A stretch of DNA of 64,000 nt from Lingula anatina (lineage: Eukaryota; Animalia; Brachiopoda): NCBI GenBank assembly GCA_051362555.1, contig CM120644.1:6022954-6086953 (forward strand), written 5' to 3'. The notes beneath the pieces are model-generated. The model was not told the origin of the DNA. It searched no databases and was given only the letters and a program-made list of their open reading frames with translations. The position numbers and the translations under genes were made by a program. Shown piece by piece: positions 11,201 to 24,384 of this stretch. The stretch's first letter is position 1. The number at the start of each line of letters is the position of its first letter.

Positions 11201-14200
11201 TCCTAGTCTGATGTTTTCAATTAGCTTTTTTGCATTTGTTTCCCCGGGTTGTCTAATAATCGCTGTAGATATACTTCTAGTAGACAGCTGAGAAGGCAAT
11301 AAAACCTATGCAAGCCTACGGAAAAAATAATCAACCGAAGCCGTCCATCTAACATCATATTGAAATTTGCATTCGAGCCATGCTGTACTAGTACCTTCCT
11401 TTGCAATAAAGCTTTGGTAATAAACCATTCAATTATACAGTATTTTTGGCTTCGCTTCGTTTTCTCGTTTATTTATTTACCTTAGTTTGTTTACTTTGTT
11501 TTTTTGACTGGAAAAGAGGAACATAAGAAGTTAAGGTTGGGGGTCCGCACTAGCTGCGACGACCCATATTTTCCCCAAGCCTGGCCCATGTCGTTTTAGT
11601 GGTATTTTTAAAACTGCTGCTGAAACGTGCTTCATTATAACCCTAAATATGATTTGAACAAGGTTCTTGTCTGACCTTGAGAATAACGAAGTCCTTACTG
11701 CGGACTGGAATGAACCACGCCTTCCTCTTTATACTGTTTTACGGGGGCAATTATTTTCTAACAATAAAGCGTTTTATTTCTACTCGTGGGTTTATTTTCG
11801 TCTATGACATGTTTGGAAACAAGTCTTTGTTTGTGTGTCGCTACGGGACGTCTGGGTATTTTCAATTGTTGGTGCTTTTCCGGGCAAAGACCAGATCGAC
11901 GAACTATTGCAGGTGCAGGATTCTGCTTCTGCAAATGTAGGCATTTTGGTAATATCGTCAAGTGAGATCAAAATTTTAAAGATCAAAGAAGAAATACTTA
12001 TAAAGCCCTCCGATTCGTTAGGGAATGGGGAGGAAACTTTTACGATTTACAACGCGTTTTAAAATGTAGTTGTCTATCGATAAAAGGAGTGCCAGACCGG
12101 GATTTTCCCGTTAAGTCGAGTGTCCATAACAAAATAGATGATTTTACTCTACGTTCGACCCGTCCCTGAAACTGGATTCGATGTTTTTACTACTCGTATT
12201 TTGAATGTGCATTATTTAGTTTTAAATGCTCCCCATAAGGCTCATGTCGCCATGCCTCCCTGTATATTTTATACAGTCTTTGAGACATTTCAGCAGTACA
12301 CCTAAAATTTTCAGCAGTAGATCTACATTTATGACTTACACATTAATCGATAATCCTAGTGCACATGGATATATATTATACGTAAATCATTACCCTGCCA
12401 ATTTCGGTTAGACAGCCACGTGCCCTTCTGTCATTCAGTTCAAATATGGTTATTTTAGTCTTACGAGGATGTGGTTTTACGATGAAATTGTTTTCATCCG
12501 TGTTTCGAACTAAAATGAATTAAAAAAAGAATAGAAGCTTTCGCGTGATCGAGGACCTCCTCTCAACTCGCGAGAGAGCTCATTACATGAGAATTTTTCG
12601 GAATACAGAAGATTTTAAGGTACCTGCAAGACCTTGGGGACAACGGGTACTCAAGCACTAAACACATGACACTTGTAAGTAATATGCTTTTCATCTATAT
12701 TATCGCTGCTGTGTAACTTCATTATCGTTCAAGACGCACGTTTGGCATCAATCGTCCGATCGTCTGCCATGCTCTACGCTGCCTTAACCATGGAAACACG
12801 GACATACTCCATTACTTCGCTGCATGGGGTATCGCGATATAATACAAGAACTTGTTTATAAAATGTTATGCATCGGTGCCACCTTCTGTCGTTTTCTCAC
12901 CTGTGCGTCCTTAATGTAGTGATTACACGGGTCTACCTGAGTACAGTAGTCGCTTCCTTTTAAAGAAGACGTACATACAGATAGGCTACTGGAACGTAAG
13001 TCAGTTTTAAGGAAGAGATTAGCAGGGGAGGCGCGCGGTGTAACTTAACGACCTACAGTATATTGTAGTGTTTGTCACATTAAAAGGTAAGACAAATTTT
13101 AAGTTTTCATTGCATCTATTATATCTTCGCATTTTTATCAGTATGATGGTATAAATGACACGATATAATAAAAGTCTGATAAGCTTATCTGGTGGCTCGT
13201 GAATTATAATGGTGGATTCAGGGGAGGGCACAGAAAACACGCACCCCCCTCCCTTTGGTTTAGGAGGTACCCCCCCCCCCAAAAAAAAAAAAAAAAAAAA
13301 AAAGAAAGAAAGAAAGAAAAAACGTATAACATGCGAAGGGAGACAAAAACCAAGCACATTTTCCAATAAATCCAGTGATAGAATTATGAATTATCCTCGT
13401 CTTTTGTTACCGAGCGGAATGAGTTTTGACACCCCCCTCATTTAGCCCCCTGTATTACATATAGGGCCACAGATTGATATTTCACAAGATGTATTCAGAT
13501 ATGCCGCTGGTTTATTTAGAGCACTTTTCTGCGCTCGCATTAGAGATAAGTGCACATAATTCATCTGGTAGAGAGTCCCACTTAAGAGCACCCTGCATTC
13601 ACAAGTGAATTTTACAGAAAAGCTGTTTAATTTGTGGGTGGTGTTTTAGTTTATTTTTCTCCACGACAGCTGACCGCACCGAGGTTAGCGACAGTATTTG
13701 GGGGTATAGGTTGATTTGAAAGTTGTGTACGTGGGACAAATAGAAATAGCTAAACCATCATATGTTAATAAGAAAAAACTAGTGATAACGAGAGTTAAAT
13801 CATCCTTGACACACATTTTGATCTATAGTTCATCTAAAGTTATCAAACATACTTCTAGACGCTTGTTTTCAACCTAATTCTTGGGGTCTAACCAGCACAC
13901 TGGCAGCAAGTATCTAAATAAGACTTTTCTTAATTGCGGAAATTAACCTTATAAACATTGGTTCACCATGGTGAGAAGTTTATACGGTACAAGTATCGTG
14001 AATCATTCATCACATTGTCATATGACACATAGGTTTAGGTGCACTAAGCATGAATCAAACTGTGGCTAAGAGAAATACTTTCAGTAGGATATAGGCCGAG
14101 ATAAATAACCCCTGGTTACGGCTGATTTTAAATATAAATCGTGTACTGATACATTTACGGGTGAAATCTCTCACTCTCTCTTTCTCTTGTTTTTCCTCTC

Positions 14201-15975
14201 CCGTGTGTGCGTGTGCGTATGCTTGACTGGCTCACTGTGCGCTGTGCACATGCACGTGCCAAGATGCGCGTGTAGCAATTCTGTGCGTTTGCGTGCAATG
14301 GCGGATTGGGGGAGGGGTGAACTGGCGAAAGCTTGCCCCCCCCCCCCCACGCCTCTCCATCTTCCTTCAACGCCCCCCCTCCCTCCACGAGACAAACGGA
14401 GAGTTTCCCTATTCATGTGCTTGTTAATTACACTAATTTTGTCTGTGTCAACTGTGTTAATATCTGCACAGCGAAGAAATCAATTTTTTATTATTCTTCT
14501 CCCCTTCCACTGAGCAAAAGCCATCATCTGCCAGTGTAAGTGGGGTAATAATTCTAATGGTAATGTGTGCTCTACTAGTACCAGTAGTTCATGCAATAAC
14601 AAATAGTGCCGCTTTGCCACGGTGGTAGATCCTTCATAAACCAACGAGTCTAAAAAAGTGCCTTTATCAGTGTCAAACAACCGGCTTAAAAAAACTGAAG
14701 ATCATTTATTGTTTGCGATGAGTAATTTGAATTCACTTGGGGTTTTGAATTTCATGTCCTCGTTCAGTGTTAGCGTGGGGGTACTGACAGAAATATAGAT
14801 ATCAAGAAACACGCCTGCGCTGAATAAACATTTACATGTGCGTTACGAGCACGTGGATCAAATGCGGGCTCGTAGTACGGCTGTTCAAAAACTAATTCTG
14901 GACCTGTTGTTTTGTCGTCGTAGAATAAGGGCAAGAAGTAGGTTAATTTATTCTCTGACACATTCTAGTGGATGGTGGGGAGAGGACCGGGTTGGTGTTT
15001 ACTTTGAAATTTAATATCTTTTTTTTTTTGTTTTGTGTTTTTTTTTTTTTTTTTTTTTAGGTAAATATAAGTAACTGTGTAAAATTTTTCATCTCTTCTC
15101 ATTCTGTAGAATATCTTGGTTCACGAAGGGTAGAAAGGGGATTGCTTTGTGAACATCCCCACTCTCAGTATAGAGACACTTGAGGATGTTATAGGCATGT
15201 TCACTGGAAAGCAATTTTGCCATATATAATCAGCTGTATCTGCAAAGGGAAATAAAGTCTAATAAAAAAGATGGTATGTCTGTCACATTCAAAGTGAGCC
15301 CTAAATAAAAGAAAGAAAAGATTTTAGAATCTTAAAATTAATTATCCACTCTGGTTTATTCTCTGAATTTGACAGTTTAAACAGTTACATGTATACAGTT
15401 TTTCGAAGAAATCGCAATCAAATATTGATCTTGAAAATGCGTACGGAGACAATTTCTGAATATGATTCATGAGGCAGGAAAAGGGATTAGGCATCACTTC
15501 AGTTGAGCATTTCTTTCCTGAAGACCACCAACTCCGTATATATTTGTCAACAAACTACCGAGCACTTTGGGCCGTTGGATTGATACCGACATTTTGATTT
15601 TTGGACATTTTGTGGTCGCCTGAATTCTCATTTATTTCAACTTCTCTTCCTGTTAACGTTTAGAGTAAGAACATACATTTATTTCAACAGCCCTACCGGC
15701 AAATGAAAAAGAAATGGAAACATAATTAAGAGGAATGTTTTCGACCTTCGAAATAGCCATTTGACAAGGTAGACTGAATTTGCACGTTTTCAATCTAAAT
15801 ATAGTCTTCCTAAATACCATGGAGGCATGCCTTTTCGGAATCAATTAGCCTCGTTCAGGTATTTTTCGAGTTTTAATCTATTATTGACGGATGAGGCCAT
15901 AGCGGTCACTGCCTTGTGACCTGAACACATTGTAATTACCCAGTAAGTACATGTACACCTCATACTGTACATACA

Positions 15976-16013
<38 letters not shown>

Positions 16014-16359
16014 CTGGGCGGGTCAGAGAGAACTCAATCCAATTTTTCAACCAATTTATGTCGAAAGCGTAGTAAGCAAGGGAGTTTAGTGGCGAAGTCA
16101 GACTTCTTTAAAGTTAAATGGGTAATTATTTTAAGTTAAATTTTAATTAGTCATTTAAATATTACGGAGATCCAAGCCAAAAGATGCCCGACGTCACATG
16201 TCCATAATATGATACATGTATGAAATGATATGATTTTTGGCGTTTTATCCCCCAGCTTATAAGTTGTCTTATTCTGAATGATCACCCCCCGCCCCCTCCC
16301 CCCCCCCCAAAAAAAAAGAACAAATAAATAAAAAAACACCGTATCCAACTTCCTTACCC

Positions 16360-16402
<43 letters not shown>

Positions 16403-17414
16403 TTAAATTTACTTCAGTGAGGAACAAATTAACTGCACAGAATACAGTGTGAAATTACAGATTCTGAACATGAAATCGGTGGATATTTATAGCTTGCTTA
16501 ACCACTATAAAATGAACTGAATGTAGTAATAATGCAAAAGAAGATAACACTGTTATCTCTCCATAATTGCCACCCAGGCTGTCGCGACTTCCAATTTCCT
16601 TTTTTTTCAATTTGCCTTTCTCTGTTCATTTCTTTTCTTTTCTTTCTCTTCACTGAGTTATGAAACACTGTGATGTATACCGAATTTGAGGACAGCTGTG
16701 TTTTTAGAAACGATTCATCTTCGACAGAATTGGACCTGAATGGAAATCCAGTCTTTCTGACAGTATCAAACGCGCGATCAAATTTGACGAAAGACCGAGG
16801 TTGGTTAGTAAAGCATACTCACACACACATAAGCTTTCTCAGCTGCCCTTGTAATATGACGTGTGTGATTCCTCAACCGCTATACTTTATGTACTGCACT
16901 GGTAGTTACATGTATACGTAGTAGATAAGTAGAAATTTAAAGGGAAGGCGCAATTTTGATTTCCAAGTAATGTCATAATTTGTTTATTCAAAAATTCAGC
17001 AAAGATGTGTTTTAATCGAAAATTATCGTTTGAAATAGATGTCAGATTCTTAGAAAGGCGCATTTTTCCATGAGAACGCTCTGCGCTCCCCCTGCTCCAG
17101 CAGATTCAGTGCAAACTTTGCTGAGTGCTACAAAATATAAGACCTAAGTTCAAAGCGGCGAAGTGTAAGGTTTTGCCCTCTAGACAGTCGTGAGAACTTG
17201 AGCTTCGGCAGCGGCGTGAACCCGACTTTAAAAAAGACAGTTTCCATAACAGACGTAAACATGCATTTTTGACAAACGGCTGCGCGTTTGTTTTTTGCTC
17301 GATTGAATCAATCAGGCTGCGTTGTGTTCAGATTTGGGGTATGAAAGGGACGGAGTAAGAAAGGGATTGAGAGTCGAGGACCGGTGGATTTTTTAAATTT
17401 TATTTATTTATTCG

Positions 17415-17417
<3 letters not shown>

Positions 17418-17461
<44 letters not shown>
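17418..17461. repeat. (TTA)n microsatellite (others at ~17851, 21160, 24340)
   Basis: Direct reading. Confidence 0.9.
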
Positions 17462-17851
17462 CTTTTTTGTAAGCAAGTTCATAACTTATTCAAAGCCCTG
17501 CCCAAGACTATCACAAGGAAGGGGAGGGAAATGGGATGTAAGCGTGGGCCAATTTTCAAAAAGGGTCTAAAGCTGGCAACTCACCAAAGACGCATTACAA
17601 GAAATTAACACACTTTTCCCTGTCAGCAGTGACCAAGCCATGAACCATTACTGTAGCCATCAGTTCACAGTTTACTCCGACGACAAACCCAGAAGTGTGC
17701 TCCACAAGGCGATGTTTATATTTATAGTCACTTTATCGAGTAGAACAGTTTGTCCCCCGCGGTTTTTGGTTAACCAGACTTGTCATCGCCGTGTTTATTC
17801 ATTTTCTTTTAGAAATTTTAATCATCTGAAATGAATGAATGTATTGTAACC

Positions 17852-17911
<60 letters not shown>

Positions 17912-18597
17912 TTTTTGGGTCGATTGCATGTGTTGTTGAACGCACCTGTAATTTGTCACTATTATTTAGATAACATATTTTCAGGTAACATGGTATTATC
18001 ATGATATGCCGGATGCATGTATGAGCTACATTGTACATGAACAACTGACGAATTGTGTAACAATTCTTTTTACTGGTGCGTCAATTTGTTGCATAGGATA
18101 TATATATATCTGTATGCCTTTATAAACTTCCTGGATATTGTATATTTTGAGCATTTTATTGGCGTTTTCGGTTCATTTCAAAGATGATCCCCATTATTCG
18201 TGACGTCAATAATAATGTCACAAAATTGTCTAAGGGCAAAACTGTCTACTGAATACTTATCCATATCTTGCTTTACCGTCAATCTTTTTAAAAGCTAGAG
18301 TAACAAGGGTATCTAGGTAACAAGATCGTGAGCAGCTGGGACAAAACTCGGGGTAAATAATATATATACGAGTACAGAGTACAGTACATGAAGAAGAGGT
18401 AATGGACTAATTGCAGTGTCCCTAGGCACATTTATAGTCCATCTAACATACAGTACTAACACCATTTTTAAGGCGCAAAATACCATTTTTGCCACTGAAG
18501 AGCGTTGACTCAGTTGGGATTTATTATAAATGTCAACAGCAAAAAAGTAGATGTAGGAGTTTTCAGGTAATAATGTGATATTCTGTTCCTGCCTTCG

Positions 18598-18599
<2 letters not shown>

Positions 18600-18646
<47 letters not shown>
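18600..18646. repeat. (CT)n microsatellite
   Basis: Direct reading. Confidence 0.9.
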
Positions 18647-18649
<3 letters not shown>

Positions 18650-19880
18650 TTTTCATACACCTAAGTGTGGCTTGTTATACAGCTGTATGTATTTCGTGGG
18701 TTCGAAAATGACCTTCGAGATTTTCTCTGTTTCCCCGCAGATACAAACAGAAGTGTCAGTCGACCGTAAACTGTGACAGACGTGTTGACCCCGTTGTTGA
18801 CGTATGTGGTTTGAGTAAAAATAAAAACATGCTGTGCTCCGCATTTTGAATTCAGGGATAAGGACTGGGAAAGAGAGAGACATTTTACAATAAACATTAT
18901 ATCATTTCCATGGGGTATGTATATATTCATAATAACTTGTGTGACTGTGTGTTACACTAAAAGAACAACAAAGAATTCGAAGAAGTATTGCTGTTTCTTT
19001 CTTTTACGTTGTTTTCACGAACGTGAGAAGTCAAGGTGAAAGCTGAGCATGACTGACATTCGATACTGCAAGACGCATTTCATGCTAACTAGTTGATTGT
19101 CTTTTCAAGTACTTGTTAGTAGTGAATGGATGGTAAAACGGTGTCCTTTATTGTTGTTCTTCGCGAGGAAAGAACTATTTAACTGGCAGCCTATTTTCAT
19201 TTCCTGCATTTCTGTAACGATATGCCCAAAATAGAATTTTTGTCGATTCTTGCCAGTTCCCATTATGACATTTTGCGTCATTTCGTGTTGGATATTTTGT
19301 CATCTGAATTAGGAAATTAAAAATTTTACAAAATACAGGGATGACTTGAAGAGAACAGAGGAAGAAGACATCAAAACTCTGCCCTTTTGAATGAGCATTA
19401 CCTTTCCCAAAATACTACACGGCGCAAGTCTATCTTTCGGTCATACTTTGAATTTTTATTTTTTCTCGCCTTCACTGACGTTCTGTAAAGCCCTTTGATT
19501 ATTTTACGTTAACGGCATTGACACCTCATTTTTGCTGAAAATAGACATTTAATTTTTTTCAATTTCGGAATATAATGCAGTCATCGCCTTTATTTCACTC
19601 TTAGGTCTGCTAATAACCGCTTTTATCGAAGAATTTATTTCTTTTTAAACTGATACTTTCTCCCCTCCCCTCCAATTTACCCATCTACAACATCACTTCA
19701 GGAATCATTTCTGTCTCCACATGGATTTCATCATTAACCGTCCTTTACAACTGCCTTACACATCCTTACACAACCATAGTTGTTTGTCTCCAAGTTTCGT
19801 TTTGAAATAGCTAGCTATAGCCAATAACATCCTTCACTCCTCCCCTCTCTATACGCGTCACCAGGAACCTCGTTCCACGT

Positions 19881-20140
19881 TATAAACCATGTGCGCTCAC
19901 AGAGAACAAAAGTCAAAGCAATCAGGTGGAACGGTAGCAAAAGTCTCTGAACTCCGGTGACGAGGAGAACGGTTCTATTGGCACTGCCATTACCAGGCCC
20001 TCGGCATTTCTGGAGCAAAGACAAGACTGTTGGCCGTTCTTCTGTTGGCGTTTCTCCTGTCCCGGTGGAAGTGGACCTCATGGTCACTGTTGGCTTTTAA
20101 GTTTCGCGAGTATTCGAGCTGCTGTCTGTTATATGAGAAG
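19881..20140 (+). promoter_or_regulatory. Putative TATA box and non-coding first exon of the GPCR gene
   Basis: TATAAA at 19881-19886, a GC-richer segment, and a strong donor AAG|GTAAGG at 20140/20141; acceptor ttttaag| at 22647 lies upstream of ATG 22729. Confidence 0.45.
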
Positions 20141-22071
20141 GTAAGGAGTTTTGTCTTCGAATTAGCGTTTCTGAGGGGAAGAATCGATCTCGTATATGAT
20201 TTACGGCATTTGGTGTCCGTTTGAGGTATTACTGGTGTTTTATTATTGTTTATCTACTGTATATACAGCAGTATATGTATATGTGATAGTTTATTGTGGG
20301 TTGTCACTTGTCGGCGGAGAGGGATATTTAAGCCGTCTCTTTAATTTTATTTTTATTTAGATACTGGTATATGTTTATATTATAAAATAAACAGTTGATC
20401 TTATTTGGAACCATCCAGATTATTTGGTAGTTGTGCACTTTGTTGGCCTAACACATAAATGGCTAGGAACTCATGAACGGAAGTGGCATCGATTGAAAGT
20501 GTGTGCGTTCTCTCTCATTCTCTCTCTCTCTCTCTCTCTTTTAAAAGTCTAAAACATTTATTTACGATTACGATCAGTGACACGCGACATTTCTGTTAAT
20601 CGATGTGTGGTTTTGGCACAATCAAGGAAATAGGCGTTCCTGTCTGTGTTTTGGTTGCTTAAACCGAGGACCTACGTTCGGTTCAAGCTTACATTGTGTA
20701 TGTATACGAAAGATTTTCAGGGGGTCGGTGAACTTAACCCTTTTTTTACCAACCAAGCAAACTTACAAAAAGTGGGCATGTTTTGGTGATTTTACAGAAA
20801 AACAAGTCAATATCTCCAATGAGATGGGACCTTAATGTTGCAGTTTCACTCCACCTCTTTACGGCTATGACGTAAAAGTTATCTCACGAAAGACCAACTG
20901 GAACATTTATGTACAGTTCCAATAGCATTACACAGTGAATCACTTTGTCTGCTCACAGATGACTAATTCACAAGGTAAAACAACCCTGATGCCTACACAT
21001 ACGTGCATGCTCGATAACACAGTGGTGATGTGACAAAACTGAGGGTCCGAGTAACAGAGAGTCCATCCTCCATTTAATTACACAGGTTAGGGTTAGCCTG
21101 ACGCAAGTGGTTCAAAATCTAAGGAGAGGCTTACCTGTGCAAAATAATGTTATAAATTGTTATTATTGTTATTATTATTATTATTATTATCATAAACCAG
21201 TGCACTCCTTTTGAGTTAAGATTAGTTGGGCTGGTCCTAGTATTCTACGATACCCTACCAGCCCAAAGCGCCAGATACAAGTAAAGCAGTTTTGGCTTGG
21301 TAGTGTGAAATAAAGCGTAAGGTCGGCAGCCCATTAAGCCTATGAATCTGATATTGATGTTAGATTTTCAAACCTCGCCTGTTGTGTCTGTTTTCAGATC
21401 AATATTCCACAAACGCCGATGCCAGTGATAGACGAGGTATTTAGGACGCTAAAAGCATTTTGGGTGTTTTTTTCTTTGATAGTTAATAATGTATGTGGTC
21501 GAATATATTTTTGAAGGGAAAAAAGCTTTACACTGGCTTTAAAGCTCTGTCACACGCATGAGTTTCTTATGTGACATTGATTATATACACACAACATTGA
21601 GCCTATAAAATCATCCTGTTTCCAGCGCATTAAACTGATGATACCTCCTGTACAAGCAGTGTGATATTGTTTTTGATATATATTCTAAATATTTTAACTT
21701 CTGCCTGGGTTTGAACCTGCACAACGTTTGTGCAGGTTCAAACGACGCAAATTTAACAAACCGTTAGCGTTAAAATTGTCTGCATGCGGGCAATTTTTCT
21801 GATACGTTAGTGCCATACGTTAAAAAGGGAAAGAGAAAAGTTAGACGGCTGAAACTGCAAGGCTTGATTACACAATGTCGGCTTTGAGATATTCCTTTAA
21901 AAACTTTTAAGAATGAAAGTTTTGCAACAAATGTATATGACAAATCAAAAGTCACAGAGAGTAGAAAGCTTCGTCAAGGCAATCACAATCATACATTGCT
22001 CAAAGGGTTTTTAAACAGGCCGATAAAACGAAATAAGCGTCCTTTTTAAATTTTATTTGAAACGCACGTGT

Positions 22072-22112
<41 letters not shown>

Positions 22113-22728
22113 GAGACCCAGGTTCTTTGGGCGTGTAGTGCTCATTTCAGTGTACCAGTGCAATGCACCACCTTGCTCATTTATATTTTTTCTATCCAAA
22201 CATTCCCAGTATCAGTGAAAATACATACTGTTCCAACTCCCCTCCCCTGTTCCAACTCTCTACACACGGCCTCTTTTTCGTGAACCAATAGCTTTCTTAT
22301 TCCTACACTCTGACTTACATAGAATCCGCTTTCTTACATATTTGATCAAAATCTGTCGATTTGCACTGATTCCAAGTATACTATATATATTTCTGGAAAA
22401 GCGGACCGCCAGTAATCTTGCCGCTCAGTGAGATGTAATTCGCGCAGATAGTCGTGCTGCAGATGGCATAAGAGGAGCAGCTACATTCGCTCAAGGTTCC
22501 CTCTGTGCTGTCGTATTGCCTGATAACGTATTCTTTGACCGAAATTTGGTCTCATATACTTTCAGTGTCTCCACCCCCAATTTGTGCATTTCTAAAAGTG
22601 GTAGTAAATGCTATATATATATATATATATATGCTCTCTTTTAAGGCATACCTCCACAAAGACGTAACCATCGACTGAATACAATGAACACTTGCAAAAC
22701 TCGAATGTGAAGGCACCTCAAGGCAACC

Positions 22729-23002
22729 ATGCTTAATTCAACGCACAACGCAACCGCGACGAACGCCGTCTCCCTTGACGCAAATTTTACTGGAACCAGC
22801 GATGTCTTGGAGTCCGAGGAAGCGCAGTTGATTTACGACGATGACTTTTACAGTGAGGCCTTTTTCAACTTTACATATCCCGACTACGGCGAGGACCTGC
22901 ATTCGAACCACACCATGGACTCTGTGATAGACGCCATCGCCAAGGAAAGAAAGTTGATATGCTTCGCCAAATTCCTGATTATGGATCCGTATCCGCCGAC
23001 GG
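22729..23002 (+). CDS. GPCR coding exon 1 (N-glycosylated N-terminus, first ECD Cys)
   Basis: MLNSTHNAT...LICFAKF...PPT; donor G|GTGAGT, phase 1. Confidence 0.8.
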
Positions 23003-24337
23003 GTGAGTTACATTTCTTAATTACTCACGATTTATAGGAGACCAGTTTCAATTAGCATTCGAGATAGAAAAGGGGGGATAGGGGCACATCATACATTTTC
23101 CAAATTAAATACTGGACGGAAATTTCCATTACAACTCATTTCTTTTTTCTTTTTCTTTTATTATTATTTTTTTCTGGGAGGGAAACGAAATTGATGGACA
23201 AGTTGAACAAAACAAAGAAGGTCCCAATTAACTTACCATGCTTCGAAAGCATCTCAGACCGGTGCTATTGTAATAAAACTTAGATCTTCGAGTATTGAAG
23301 GATACACTTAAATAGACTAATAGAAGATTTATTGCACTATTTATTGCTTTTCCCCCGCTGAGATTACGAGAGTGATACCAATAGACAATAGTCTCAGCAC
23401 CCAAACAATGCCAGAATGTCTGCCTGTAATTGAACTATGGCTCCCTGATGTATTGTTGTGTAATATAATTGATTGTTACATAATGATATTAGATGGAAAC
23501 GATTTTCAAAGAAAATGGTATTGAATGTTCAATTATGCTTAACTAATCGTTTAAAAAAGTCTTTTAATGATACAGATCAGCACAGCAGGTCGCCTTTTTT
23601 ATTGCAAAACAAAATGCCAGACAATCGTGGCAAAATAGTGGGAAAATGAAAACATTAAACCAAGCGGCGAAATGCACTGCAACTTGCAACTTTACTTGAC
23701 AGGCAACGTTTCACAAACGTTTTTCTTATTGATTCGACATTTAAAAAAATGATCGCTCTACGTCCACAAATCAAAGTCTTACCCTCTACTGATCCTGTCA
23801 CAGCATGAGGACAAGTAAACTATGCGCGCGTAGTCCACCATCAAATATTTTCAGAGGAAGTCGATGACGATCACACACCAGGTAAATTCCGCAGTGTGCG
23901 TTTGTTGCGTGCTGTAACAGAACTACTGAAACGCGTACGTGACTCGTCTGTGAATTTCCATTAAAATCAAGCCGAGATCGCCCAGGGAAATTGATTGATT
24001 GCAGAGGCGGGGAATTCCGAACCGACATGACACTTTGACGACAGAACTAATTTAAACTTTGCTAAAAGACAGCGAACCCCAACCAACAGGGGTACAGAAC
24101 CAAGTCCTTATTTGTTAAAGAATACAAGAAACTAGAACCGCGCGTCATTGGTTTATTCATTTCTTGATTTTTTACACTGCTAGTCAGGAAGAAATAGTAT
24201 AAAATATAGTATAATATCACAATTTTCTAGGCAGCAAATTCAGAAGAGAAACCATTTTCGTAGTGTGCTATTCTGGTAGCCTATAAATGTTTACGTTCAT
24301 TCATGAAAATTTAAGTAGGTTAACTTAATAACGATCA

Positions 24338-24384
<47 letters not shown>

